A stretch of DNA of 64,000 nucleotides, from positions 868,001 to 932,000 of the forward strand of contig NW_027191413.1 of NCBI RefSeq assembly GCF_041146345.1. Reading direction: 5' to 3'. The stretch comes from Neodothiora populina. Taxonomy: Eukaryota. How positions within the stretch are numbered: the stretch's first letter is position 1; the number at the start of each line of letters is the position of its first letter. A model generated the notes under the pieces. The model did no database searches. It had not been told where the DNA came from and saw nothing but the letters and a program-made list of their open reading frames with translations. Below, in pieces: positions 39,518 to 51,063 of this stretch. The translations under genes were made by a program, and so were the position numbers.

Positions 39518-40240
39518 ATGTCTTTCTGGTCTCGTCCCCGTAACCTCGCCCTTATCGGCGGTGGTCTATTGGCATTGGCCTTTGTTCCAAACCCAATTAA
39601 CACATCCAAGTATGCTTTTGATCCCTAATTTTCTTTCCAAAGCCACAATCCTTCTTCAATCGAATGTAATCAGAAGAGAACCAATAAGAGAAGCTGATCA
39701 ATTATGGTCATAGCAACCCCTTTCAGACACAAGCGACGCAAAATGTGACGAACAGGTTCTCGAGCGGAGGAGGCAGTGACGTGCACACACCTGGTGTCGC
39801 GACCAAGAGAGGTGAGTCTTAGTAGATCCCAAAAAAGAAGAGCAGCTCTGGTACACAGAGCTTGACACGTGAGAAGCAAAAGCTCACTCCCTCGTTCTAA
39901 AAAAGAACTGTATATACCTGTGTTGTACATACAAGCATACTGACATCAAAAGGAACAGGCGACGCATCAGTCACCACCAATGACCAAATAAACCCTAAAG
40001 GTATATCCTTCTCCTATCCCTCTTTTTCCTCTATCATTCTACACTATCCAATTGCCTCCATCCTTTGAAAAACGAAATAAAGAAGAGAATGAGCAAAGAC
40101 CCACAAAACTGACAACCACCAAAAAAGGCATGAACACAGAGCACTACAAAGAGCTGCAAGCAGACCAGCGCCCCGGCAAACCCGGTCCGTTCGACAAGGC
40201 GTTCAACAAGTCCAACTACGGACACGAGCAGGGAAAGTAA
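39518..40240 (+). CDS. Small uncharacterised protein (114 aa); exons 39518-39609, 39714-39811, 39959-40000, 40128-40240
   Basis: Three GT-AG introns with CTGAY-type branch sites join in phase to 345 nt. Product: MSFWSRPRNLALIGGGLLALAFVPNPINTSNNPFQTQATQNVTNRFSSGGGSDVHTPGVATKRGDASVTTNDQINPKGMNTEHYKELQADQRPGKPGPFDKAFNKSNYGHEQGK*. Confidence 0.8.
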
Positions 40241-40495
40241 ACCAAAGTAAAGCGCAAAGCAACAAAAGATATGGCATCGGGAGGAATTTCAGCTATTACA
40301 TGCATGCGGAATCGAAGAGGATTGATGATGTGATGAGAATCATGGGTGGTGTTGTGGTAGGGATGGAGGATGACGGCTGACTTGCATTACTGTCCATAGG
40401 CGTTTCTTCTCTCTTAGTGATAGCACATATCGAATGTCAATAGTGTCAGTTTTGACTTCATCTCAGCCTGTGTACAACATTATTATCATATCCAT

Positions 40496-40537
<42 letters not shown>

Positions 40538-40547
40538 CACCACTACC
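40496..40547 (+). repeat. Compound (TAC)n(CAC)n microsatellite between convergent 3' ends
   Basis: tactactac...caccaccac read directly. Confidence 0.9.
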
Positions 40548-40899
40548 ATCACCATAGTTATTGCTCATTCTGCTACAACAAGACCATCATATAACCATGA
40601 GGCGCAGTCGCAGTGAACGTGTAGTAGAGCGTGAGTGAGAAGTACAGAACATATCAACAATTACTCTGAAATTTATAATATCAAAAAAATAAAACGCTAA
40701 GAATCTACGGTGGTGTATGATACCAGTGTTGCTACTTCCACCTACACCTTGCGTCGTCTGGAACGATGTCATCTCGCGGGAAGAGGCTAGGAATGTAGCC
40801 CCATACAAAACTACTGAAAGACAAGAAAAAACAAGGCTTTTATGTACAACTGTGAACACTCATGCATGCTTGCATATAAGAACAAAGTCACATGACGAC

Positions 40900-42294
40900 T
40901 CAGTAGCCCAGCAGAGCAGAGGCACCAGGCTCCGAGGAAATGTACACAGTGTCGTGGCGGTCGGTGAAGCCGTTGAACTTGGTGGCAGAGCACTTGGTGT
41001 AAGCGCCCATCTCCTCAAAGTACAGCCAGTCGCCGACGTCGACCGTCTGCGAGCAGGCCCACTCGGCCGCGATGCAATCGATCCCGTCGCAGGTCGGGCC
41101 CCAGATGGAGTACTGGATCGCGGGGCGGTTGCCGTCGTAAGCGTCCATGCCGTCGCGACCAAAGTACTGCGTCTTGGCGGCGCTCTTGAGCACGCGCGGG
41201 ATCGGATGCTGGTGATCGAACATGATGGAGCTGAAGTTGCCGTAGACACCGTCGTTCATGTATAGCATGTAGCTCTTGACACCCAGTTCCTTGTCCTCGA
41301 CGGTGCGACGGGCTATGACGTTGCAAGCAATGGTGAAAGCGCTGCTGACATAGTAACGACCGGGCTCACCGATGACGCGGACGGTGGACGGAAAGTAATC
41401 ATCCAGGGCGGCAGAGAGCACGGCCGCCATCTCATCAAAAGTCTCGGAAACGAAACCGCCGCCGACATCGAGAGTGGTGAGGTCGTAGCCCAGAGCGTTG
41501 GCCTGGTCGAAGACAAATCGCGCGTCGCGGACAGCCTTGAGGAAAGCCTCGGGATCGGAAGCGCCGGAGCCGACGTGGAAAGCGACACCAGTGACATTCA
41601 GGTCGAGCTGCTTGGCCAAGGCCAGCAGATCACCGGTGGTGTCCAGCCCTGCGCCGAACTTCAGACTCAGGCGACAGAGAGATGCCGAGTCGTCGGTCAG
41701 AATGCGCAGAAACAACTCGGCCTCGGGGAAAAGCTCCTTGATCTTGTACAGCTCGTCGGCATTGTCAAAAGTCATCTGCTTGACGTTTTCCTTGGCAGCG
41801 TAGCGAATGTACGACTTGGTCTTGCAGGGTTGAGCGTAGATGATGCGCGAGGGGTCGACACCGTGGCGCAGCACCATTTCAATCTCAGACTTGGAGGCAC
41901 AGTCGAAGCCGGTGCCGAGCTCGGCCAAGAGACGCAGGACCTGGGGATCAGGGTTGCACTTGACGGCATAGTGCGGCTTGACACGCTTGAGGTTCTTCTT
42001 CCAGCGCAGATGCTGGCGGTAGACCTCGCCCATGTCGGCGACGAAAAAGGCATCCTCGTCGCCGGCCTCGCAGGTGTTCTCGTCAATGTTCTCGACGCGT
42101 TTCTGCAGAGCGTGACCGATCATCTGTCTGGCGATAGACTGCCCGTGGCCGCCGTGGGTGGCGGCCTTGGTGGCAGCTAGGCCATCGTGATGATGCTGGA
42201 TGGTGCTGAAGGAGGGATAGTCTGGAGTCGTCTTCAGAGACAGTGTTCCATATTCCTCGAGGGTAGTAGTGATGGCGGAAGGTGCCATAACCAT
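40900..42294 (-). CDS. SPE1: Ornithine decarboxylase (PLP-dependent)
   Basis: PHYAVKCN (PLP lysine), GFDCAS, FHVGSG, LDVGGGF, EPGRYYV, NDGVYGNF, WGPTCDGID, MGAYT. Confidence 0.97.
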   Translation of the reverse strand: MVMAPSAITTTLEEYGTLSLKTTPDYPSFSTIQHHHDGLAATKAATHGGHGQSIARQMIGHALQKRVENIDENTCEAGDEDAFFVADMGEVYRQHLRWKKNLKRVKPHYAVKCNPDPQVLRLLAELGTGFDCASKSEIEMVLRHGVDPSRIIYAQPCKTKSYIRYAAKENVKQMTFDNADELYKIKELFPEAELFLRILTDDSASLCRLSLKFGAGLDTTGDLLALAKQLDLNVTGVAFHVGSGASDPEAFLKAVRDARFVFDQANALGYDLTTLDVGGGFVSETFDEMAAVLSAALDDYFPSTVRVIGEPGRYYVSSAFTIACNVIARRTVEDKELGVKSYMLYMNDGVYGNFSSIMFDHQHPIPRVLKSAAKTQYFGRDGMDAYDGNRPAIQYSIWGPTCDGIDCIAAEWACSQTVDVGDWLYFEEMGAYTKCSATKFNGFTDRHDTVYISSEPGASALLGY

Positions 42295-42382
42295 GCAGCA
42301 GCTGGACAGAGATAGCGGGTTCGAAGGGGCTCTATAAAGAGTCTTGATGTTCGAGTGGCAATTCTAAGGCGCGAGGTTGGTC

Positions 42383-42568
42383 TTATGGGGGCTTGAACGG
42401 GGTGAAGCCGAGACTGAGTTTGCTGGCGAGCGGCCTCCTCGAGTCTTCCTCCTGGAGAGGAAGAGCTCCAAAGTGGTCCTTATGCGGCAGCTGAGGTATT
42501 TCTGGAGTAAAGGGTGGAGTCTCTAACGGACTAAAAAACAGACGTTCGAGCTCGCTGAGTGAAGCCAC
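42383..42568 (-). promoter_or_regulatory. Candidate non-AUG uORF in the ODC 5' leader, ending ...FTPFKPP*
   Basis: Frame is open 42613-42386 with no ATG; GTG at 42568; TAA at 42385-42383, 88 nt upstream of the ODC ATG and out of frame with it. Confidence 0.6.
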
Positions 42569-43722
42569 TAGAGAAGATTTGGAGAATAACCCTCGGACGG
42601 GCCTTGGTTCAGTTCATTCGATGGCCGTGTGGATAACGGATGGAGATTGTCGCAATTGCGAGATGGATGTTGTTGATGGAAAGAAGCAAAGGAAGAAAGG
42701 GAAGGAGAGAAACAAGAGGGGAAGGAGGCAGTATCCAACACCACACTGGGAATGGGAAGTCGTGGAAATAAATTCGCGCTTTCGAAGTAAGGCTGTGCGT
42801 CATTAATGGGCCAAGGCCCGCTTTGGTCAGCCCTTTCTAGTGAGTGGAAATGTCACCGATCGCTCTCTTTCTAGCTACCCAACCTTTTTTTCTTACTGCT
42901 ACTGTACTGTACTACTAAACTGTACTTGCGCTGTTGCTCCACGGAGTTTGTGTTTATTCTTCCAAAATACATATACAAGAGGGGAGAAAGATAGGCACAA
43001 GGTTCGCCTCCGAGGCATTAATCAATGTTACCGTATTCGCCTCAACATCCTAGTCTTCACTGCACACCTGTGAGCAGCAGCGAAACAGCGCATTACGCGA
43101 TCGCTAGTCGTGAGGCGCAAGCTGCAGGTCACTACTGTAACATTCGCAGCGGGTAAAGAATCCCCCAGCACAGAAACGTGGAAGTATATTGGAGTCGAGA
43201 TCGAAGATTCAGCTGTGGAGTACAGTAATCCATGCACAGCTTTGCCTTGGTAAAATCCACACTTATGTGACTACTGTAATTATTACCCGCCCGCTTGCAA
43301 TCGAGGTTCGAGCTCAACAAACAGCAAGCACTGCTTACACCGCTGCCTTGGTCGTCGAAATGTCGTTCAGCCACCGTTCGGGATGGGCCACCGAAGCATA
43401 TGTACAGCTAATTATTTCAGTAGTAATGTTTTTCTTTTCTTGCTCGTCGGTTTGTCGTCGTCTACAGCGCAATATTGGTCGTAAGTGTGTATGTGTGCCT
43501 AATCTATCATCCTAGACGATTCTCTGCATGTTTTCCCTCGCTTCTGAACATGTATCAATGTTTTTAGCTGTGTACATGTTGCGTGCCTGCCTGCGTCCAA
43601 CCGTGAAAACGCCATGCTAAAAAAAAACACAACCCCCCAATGAGATAACCACTAGCCATTTTCCCATCCCAACAGGAAGTTATTGTAGTACTTTATTACT
43701 TCTATTCTATAGCGATCGGCGA

Positions 43723-46642
43723 TCAATAGCGTACACCTCTGACCAATAGCCAGAGAGCAATGGGCACGACCACGTTGTCGTTTGCGCCCGTAAGCACAGC
43801 TTCCATCAGACTCGCTCCGCACCCGCACAATAGTGCTTTGCCAGCTTGTAGTATCCAATAAGTGGCAAAGGGTGTGTCTTCGGCGCGGATCTTGGCCTGT
43901 TGTTCTGTCCATCCACCTATGTGAAGCCAGATTTTTGCCGTCATTAATCCAATCATGACCGCGATTGAGAATGCTGTGCTCCCCTCGAGCGACTTTCCGC
44001 CAAGCCATGGCCACTTGCGGCGGCCATATCTTCGTCCCATCAGTGAGGCGGCAGCATCGCCCATACCCACGCAGACGACACCGGCGACCATGGCGACATC
44101 TCTGGTGTCGGGTCGCAGTTCCCAGCCTAGCCACCTTCCCTCGACGTCTCTGTCCGACCCGGCGAGCGAGAGCCACAATGGGATCGCGCATCCGATCAAC
44201 AAGAACACATGACTTACGACCATCGGACCTCTCAGGTCTCTGCCGTCGACGTACGGAGCGACGAATCTCCCAATGGCCGCGCCAAGCGGAGGTATTTGAC
44301 CAGCCCGAATGACCTCGAGCAGCAAGAAAATGGCAAGTACTAGACCCAATGCCAGACCGCAGAAGCAAGGATCCACAAATGTGGTGGGCAGGAGCATGGT
44401 GACTATTGTAGCGTGGAATATCTTTCTCCGCGTGTCTACCTCGATCCTTGGGGCCATGATGGTCACCGTGGCAATGCCCAGCGCCACCACTACCACCCAA
44501 TATACAGCCACGAGTATGCGAGTGTTGGCCGGTCCTGTGGCCAGGCGTAAAGATGGCATAGAGAGCCCGGTCTCGTAGAGCTGGACGCCCACGACATGTC
44601 GCACGTCGTCGACCCAAGTAGCAATGGCTTCCTTGAGTGTATATTCTGAAGAATAGAACCATGTCATATCCCCGAATATGTAGTCGAGGGCCCACAGTAC
44701 CGGCTCGGCACCGTTCAAGGCGTGATGGGCTATCGCCATGCGCACTGGGACCAGGATAATGCCTATGATGACTGCGTATACCCAACATGAGTACAACCAA
44801 GTCCTCAAATTGGCACCTTCTAGTGTCAGCTCAAGGTACCAAGCACGACCCCGGCGTTTTCTGCCCGAGTCGATGTGACCTGGTCGAGTCTTGCTTTGAG
44901 AAGTATGGTCGCCCACTGTGGGCATAGTGTGGCGTCGCTTCGATGCGGATGCCGTGACGTTGGCTATGTAGGTGAGTGTATCGACTGATGTTGCCATCAG
45001 ATCGGACTCCGGACCTGTAGTTCCAGCACGACTCAGCGATGAGTTCTGAATGGCCCGAGGCGGCGAGAATTTGGAATCTCGCCGACTCACTTCGTGGTCA
45101 TCTTCGTCCGCATCGCTGTGATCCTGTTTAGTGGTAGGCGAGGTAGATATAAGTTCTCGTAACGTTGAGGTAAACTCTTCAAATGCGCTTCCCTTTTGCG
45201 CAAAGGTTCTCCTGAACTTCCATCGTGGCACTCGGGCGAGAGTTACGTTCCACTGTAGCACACTCGTACAAGTGACCAGCACCCAAACACCTCCCACCCA
45301 AAGCAGTGCTCTGAGGATGCATGCCTGTGGCGAGATGGCGAAGCAGAGCAGATTCACCAGACCTGCAGCCAGCATATGCTTCTCAACCGGTAACAAGCTT
45401 GTGGTGGTGAGGTAGTTCAGCGGTGCTAGTAGAGCCTGGTGTAAGGGGTACAGCAGCACCAGCAGCTCGGGATGCAGAAATGGTGGACCCTGGGCCTTTA
45501 GACTATACGGGAGAGGCAGGAATCGCTGCGGCGGCAGCGCCGTGTTTTCAGATGCGATGAGTGGCACTATGGCAGTCATCCACCCAAGAGTATTAATGGG
45601 AGCAAATCGCGATATCTCCGGGAAGAGTCGTGGCGGAAGGGAAGCGAGGCCCAAGATCAGATTTGGTAGCAAGAGCGCGGGATATTGGGGAAGTAGAGAC
45701 AAAGCCACCAGTACAGGCACAAATGTAGGATAGAGAATTGAAGCGGGGTCGAATGAGGCAGGGACTCGGAAGCGGCGAAAGATGTTGACTTTATTTGCGG
45801 CCAGAGTACGATAAAGCTCCTCGCGCGTCACAACGCGGAGTGGATAGATGGCGATGATGAAGAGGACGGTCGATATTTGGCTGATTATCTCTGTGAAGCA
45901 AATGTAAGTAATTAGACCGAGACTGGGCTGGAAGGCACAATCTTGATGGTTCCTCACCTCGATGCCAGTTTCTCGATTCGGTCCATACTGCATGGCCACA
46001 TAGCACGACAAGGCCAATCGCGGCGAGAAGAGCGCTCTCAGCAATTCGTCTTATCCTTTCGGCCCTCTTCCTCTTCATGAACAGCTCTCTGGCAGCCAAC
46101 GCTTCCTCTTCCTTGGACGACTGATCCTTCTCTCGCGCGCCCTTTCCTTCCCTTGCGCTGTGGAAGTAGCCTTGGGAGATAGTCCTGTCGTCTCGATCAA
46201 GTTGCGCCGGCGTCAGCAGCGGCGAGACATGGCCGTCAGAGCCTGCCTCCCCTATCAATCCCTTCCGGGGACGTGTCGCCGGCGGAGGCAAGGCCTTGAG
46301 GAACTGCGGCCCTTTGCCGAGTTCATCATCAGCTTCTGTTCCGCTATCACTGCTGGCAGCATGTGACGCCGTCGCTGAAGCCAAAGCCGAAGCCGATACT
46401 GAAGCAGCCACGGATCTCATATGTGAGGCGTCGTCGGCGGCGACATGTGTCTGTGTCGTCATCGGTGTGTCGTATCCAGTGGCAGTATGGACCCCATCTT
46501 CCGTCTGATGTGCTGCGGGCAGGAGATTCTCCCGTTCATTACGGCGCACAAGGCTTCCCTTTCGTGCATATGGATGGGGAGATCGATCTCTGTAGATGGG
46601 TGTGGTTTCCTGTAATGAGGCAGGATCCAGCGCCGGTGGCAT
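43723..46642 (-). CDS. SEC59: Dolichol kinase; intron 45957-45891
   Basis: DTRRKIFH, DGRDLRGPMVVSHVFLLIGCAIPLW, GMGDAAASLMGRRYGRRKW, KSLEGS, EAVLTGANDNVVVP. The intron joins ORFs 45791-46642 and 43723-46044 in phase (R-E-IIS). Confidence 0.92.
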
Positions 46643-47364
46643 GATATTTCTCTCTTGCCTACGGTTAAGCGCGCATGTCTGTCGTTGAGATTCTCTTCAC
46701 AAACACGAGACCGAAGGAGTAGATGTGCTTTGCTGTCAAGCGCGGGTCGACAAACTGATTATTGCAGCATTGGTGGAGTGTGAATCGTAAGATCTGAGGT
46801 ACTTCCTTATTCAGTGCTCGTTCTTATTATCATTCCGGAAATTCAAGTACACGTTGCAGACAAAGACAAGATGACTGAAGTTGTCATATGTCAAAGTAGC
46901 CCGTATAGTAGGGTGAGGTAATGTGAATATGACATCTGTGCGTCTGACATGTGCAAATGTTGGGGTGATCTCCGTGGACAAGGCAAGGTAAGGTATAAAA
47001 GAATAGGACATAACAACAGCTGCGCGGCGATACGTCACCCCAACCCTGTTCTCTCCCGCTCTCCCGTACTCCACAAACAGCCAATTCAATGGCAATGCAC
47101 CTGACCTAACTACCATATACCCTATGAATGCTAGTGACATGAAACATGTTTCAGTACTTGAAGCACTGCCCAAAATACCTTACGCTTCAATGCTCCGAGT
47201 AGACAACGCTACGCTTTTGTACATGATTCGCAGCCATGTCAGATAGAATAGAGAGCCCAAAATTGGTTCTTTGTTTTGCATGAGTCATGACCCTGCATAT
47301 GATTCAAGAGGTGCAACACCCCCTCATTCGGGAGCGACATATGCGAGCGAATCCCACATCTTAT

Positions 47365-50334
47365 CTACAGGTATCTGTTCGCCTTCAACCACGCCTTGAC
47401 GTCCTCGCTGTCTCTCTTGATCCATCCCTCCTTGGCACGGATCGCGTCGAAACTTTGCGCCAGACTCTGGTCGAATCCCTTGGTGCTTCTTGTGCTGAAG
47501 AAGTTTTCGATATCCTTGATGTGCTCCGACGAGGAGAAGCTGCTGGTGCAAATGGTGACAACACTGCCGAGCATGCTGAGTCCAGGGGGCAGTCTCTTCT
47601 CGATCGTCTCCCAGTTCTCCTTGAGCCACTCCCAGAGAGCAACGACACCCTCCTTGTGCGTCCGCAGGCCTCCGAGGGGCAGGTAGATATCCTGCTCCTT
47701 GACTTCCTTGCTCAGCGGCAGGGTGAGTGTACGCTTGATGAGATCGGGCTTTCTGGCACGACCGATGGAACGCAATGCCGTGTTGCGCTCGTCACTGTTC
47801 TTGGCAGTGCGGAACTCGTTGAGGATCGCCTCGTACTCGGCCTCGCCGCCATACTGAAGGACAACAGCGTACACTCCGGCGCGCAGGTTGGGGTGTAGTG
47901 CTGATCTGTCGCCCTTGGTGAACTTCTCAAACATGTCGAAGGCAGCCTTCTTGGTCTTTTCATCGCCCGCAATGGCGGCGCTGCTGAACAGCATCGACTT
48001 GAACTGCTGCTCGATGTGACCGTCGCTCTCCTCGAACTCCCAGCCAAGCTTGTGTGACTTGGCAGCGACGAGGTCGCGCTGGAAAGCCTTGAGTGCCTGC
48101 TGGACCTTGTCATCCTCGAAGGTCCATGCAGCGCGGACAGATGCAATTCTTGCAGTGACTTCGTCCCAGACGACAAACTCAGGCTCCGTGTCGAAGCCTT
48201 GAAGAAGAGACAGGACGCCCGACGTCTTCTGGTATCCCGAAGCTGCAAGCGCACCGGCATCGGCGATCATGCCAGCGCGGTCCTCCACACTCAGCAGACC
48301 CTTCTTCGCGGCCTCACCAAGCTTCTGCAGGCGCTCAGCAGAGTATGATGTGCGGTAGATACCAGAGTGGTCGGCGTTGATTTTGAAGAAGTCGAGATCC
48401 TTGACAGGGAAGCTTCGCTCTCGGCTGCTCAGGGTCAGCTCTTCGTCAATGCCATCCTTGGTCCTCAGTCCGAGGAATACTGGGAAAAGAGTCTTGTCCT
48501 CCTCGGGCTTGACGTCAGCTGTTCGCAGGAAGCGGTTCTGCTTGACGTGCACCGAGCCGTTCTTCTCGTCCTCGGTCACTGTAACAACGGGGTAGCCGAC
48601 GTTCTTGGTCCAGATGTCCATGACCTTCTCGACATCCTTGCCACTGGCATCGCTGAGAGCGGCCCACAAATCGCCAGTCTGGGTGTTGCCGTATGCGTGC
48701 TTCTTGAGATAACGGCGAATTCCCTCCATGAAGGTCTCCTCGCCGAGGTACTTGGAGATCATGCGAAGAACGCAGGAGCCCTTGGAGTACGAGATGGCGT
48801 CAAAGATCTGGTTGATCTCGTCGGCGCGCTTGACGGGAACCTCGATGGGGTGAGAGCTTCGGAGCGAGTCCAGGGAAAGTGCGCTCTGAAGATTGTCCGT
48901 CACGTATCCTTGCCACACCTTCCATTCGGGATAGAATTCGTTGCAGGAGTACCAAGACATCCAGGTTGCGAAACCCTCGTTCAGCCACAAACCATCCCAG
49001 AAGTCCATGGTCACAAGGTTGCCGAACCACTGATGGGCAAGCTCGTGTTGCACGACCTCGGCGACTCTCTGCTTGGTCGAGGCACCGCTGGTCTTCTCGT
49101 CAAAGAGCAGATCGACGACTCGGTAGGTAACCAGACCCCAGTTCTCCATGGCGCCTGCGCTGAAGTCGGGAATGGCAACCATGTCCATCTTGGGCAGAGG
49201 GAAGGGGCTGTTGAACTTCTTCTCGTAGAAATCGAGCGTCCTTGCCGCGAGCTCGAGAGAGAAGCGACCGTGCTCGATGTCCTTGTCAGGAGTAGCAAAG
49301 ACTCTGACGGGGACTCTGAAGTTGTTGGTCTCGATGACCTTGAGCTCGCCGACAATGAAGGCCAGGAGGTATGTGGACATGAGAGGGGTCTTGTTGAAAG
49401 TGACGGCGGTCTTCTTGGCGCCCGACATGTTCGAGTCAATCTCTTTCTCGGACTTGACGTCCATGTTGGACAAGCAGGTCAGGCCCTTGTCTGCGACGAG
49501 GGTGATGGTGAACTCGGCCTTGAGAGCTGGCTCGTCGAAGCAGGGGAAGGCACGTCTGGCGTCGGTGGGCTCCATCTGAGTGGTGGCGATGTACTTGTCG
49601 CTGCCGTCTTCGCCCTTGTAGCTGGATCGGTAGAAGCCAGCCATGTTGTCGTTGAGGGTGCCCTTGAAGGTCTGGACGAGCCGGGCCTTTTGGCCAGCAG
49701 GGATGGTCTCATTGAAAGAGACGGTGGTGGTCTGGGTGTCTTTGTTGTAAGAGACGGTGGGGGAAGAGGTGATGAGCTTCGAGGCAGCGTGAACCTCGGT
49801 CGAGTGAATGTCAATGTCAATGGTATTGAGAGAGATGGAGGTCGTGTCTTCGACGACGTCGAGATCTATGATGACTTTGCCCTCGTACACGAAAGTGTCA
49901 AAGTTGGGCTCGAGGGTCAGGTCGTAGTGGACAGGCTTGACATTTTTGGGAAGGACCTCGCGACCCTTGGCGATGTCAAGAGCGCTCTGGTCCATTTCGA
50001 GTTCGCGACGGCACATTCTTTGATGGGAACAGTGTCTGACCCAGTTGTAGCGTGGACGACTGAGATGCTTCGGACGAGATGGTCGAAGCAGGTGGGATTG
50101 TGAGGGAGTGGGAGAAGAAGTAGTGAGGGGTGGAGGTGAGGGGCGGTTGTAAGCTAGAGAGCGGGACCCTGAAGGACGAGATGATGCAAGGCCAAGTGCA
50201 GGTGATGAAGCCCGGTGGAGGATGTGGCCGACGGAGGATGCGGACGACGCAGCAGCAGTAGAAGCAGTAAATGCGAACGGCGGCAGGCGGTTGACAGATC
50301 GTGACCCAGCGAGTGACAGGCGCTGGAGGGTCAT
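47365..50334 (-). CDS. APE2: M1-family (puromycin-sensitive-like) aminopeptidase Ape2
   Basis: TQMEPTDARRAFPCFDEP, GAMENWGL, HELAHQWFGN...WLNEGFA (HEXXH-X18-E), FDAISYSKG. First ATG at 50334 (the track start at 50382 is TTG); downstream ATGs at 50016 and 49995. Confidence 0.95.
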   Translation of the reverse strand: MTLQRLSLAGSRSVNRLPPFAFTASTAAASSASSVGHILHRASSPALGLASSRPSGSRSLAYNRPSPPPLTTSSPTPSQSHLLRPSRPKHLSRPRYNWVRHCSHQRMCRRELEMDQSALDIAKGREVLPKNVKPVHYDLTLEPNFDTFVYEGKVIIDLDVVEDTTSISLNTIDIDIHSTEVHAASKLITSSPTVSYNKDTQTTTVSFNETIPAGQKARLVQTFKGTLNDNMAGFYRSSYKGEDGSDKYIATTQMEPTDARRAFPCFDEPALKAEFTITLVADKGLTCLSNMDVKSEKEIDSNMSGAKKTAVTFNKTPLMSTYLLAFIVGELKVIETNNFRVPVRVFATPDKDIEHGRFSLELAARTLDFYEKKFNSPFPLPKMDMVAIPDFSAGAMENWGLVTYRVVDLLFDEKTSGASTKQRVAEVVQHELAHQWFGNLVTMDFWDGLWLNEGFATWMSWYSCNEFYPEWKVWQGYVTDNLQSALSLDSLRSSHPIEVPVKRADEINQIFDAISYSKGSCVLRMISKYLGEETFMEGIRRYLKKHAYGNTQTGDLWAALSDASGKDVEKVMDIWTKNVGYPVVTVTEDEKNGSVHVKQNRFLRTADVKPEEDKTLFPVFLGLRTKDGIDEELTLSSRERSFPVKDLDFFKINADHSGIYRTSYSAERLQKLGEAAKKGLLSVEDRAGMIADAGALAASGYQKTSGVLSLLQGFDTEPEFVVWDEVTARIASVRAAWTFEDDKVQQALKAFQRDLVAAKSHKLGWEFEESDGHIEQQFKSMLFSSAAIAGDEKTKKAAFDMFEKFTKGDRSALHPNLRAGVYAVVLQYGGEAEYEAILNEFRTAKNSDERNTALRSIGRARKPDLIKRTLTLPLSKEVKEQDIYLPLGGLRTHKEGVVALWEWLKENWETIEKRLPPGLSMLGSVVTICTSSFSSSEHIKDIENFFSTRSTKGFDQSLAQSFDAIRAKEGWIKRDSEDVKAWLKANRYL

Positions 50335-51063
50335 CAGGAATAGGGATTGACTCGAGAGTGTATACAGGTTATTTTTATCCAATGCAAGCAGGACAGTACT
50401 GTAGCACAGTATACGGAAGGAAAGGTAGGGCTGAGAAAAGCAGCGCAGCAGCGAGTGCTACAGGAAAGTTTACTGGTAGATCGGAGGTGACACGGCAGTA
50501 AATGGAACACGATATCCAATGTACTGCCCTTGTAATACACTGTAGCGTTCCACGGAATCGTGTCCCTTGCAGCAAGCGCGCAGTGCTTGAATCATTCCAC
50601 TCGTTCAACTCAAGCCACAAAGACCTTGTCCAGCCTGCACCGACATCTCGAGAGCGTCCTGGAGCTTCTTACCGCCTGCCTGTTCCGGATATGCACACAT
50701 CTCCGCTCCGCACCAATGGCCGCCGGGGGCAGCAGGAGCAGCAAGAACAGCAGCCGCACCTTCCCCCACATGCCACTTGCCACGTTAAGGTAATGTCTTA
50801 GCGGCTCATTATTGCTTGGTTGCTTGACGGATTGATTGATTAGTCGATTGCTTCATTCATTGAATGATTGATTATACCTCTATACAGCGCCCTGTGATGC
50901 ACGCGCAATCGTCACAAGCATACAAACAATACTAACCATCCCACGACTCACCTTGCGCATTACGCATAACAAGACTTCCCCTACCTCGGCTCGCCCATGA
51001 ATACTCGACCAACATAATTCCCCCAAAACACCACAACAGCAAACATCACCAACAACCAAAACG

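Noticed and set aside
40434..40616. Poly-Thr ORF
   Set aside because: Translation of an intergenic trinucleotide microsatellite.
43652..44800. 382-aa alternative-frame ORF in the dolichol kinase gene
   Set aside because: Arg/His-rich out-of-frame translation; the conserved kinase motifs are in the other frame.
48367..50103. 578-aa plus-strand ORF
   Set aside because: It is antisense to APE2 in codon register, as expected from strong C/G third-position bias, and has no motifs.
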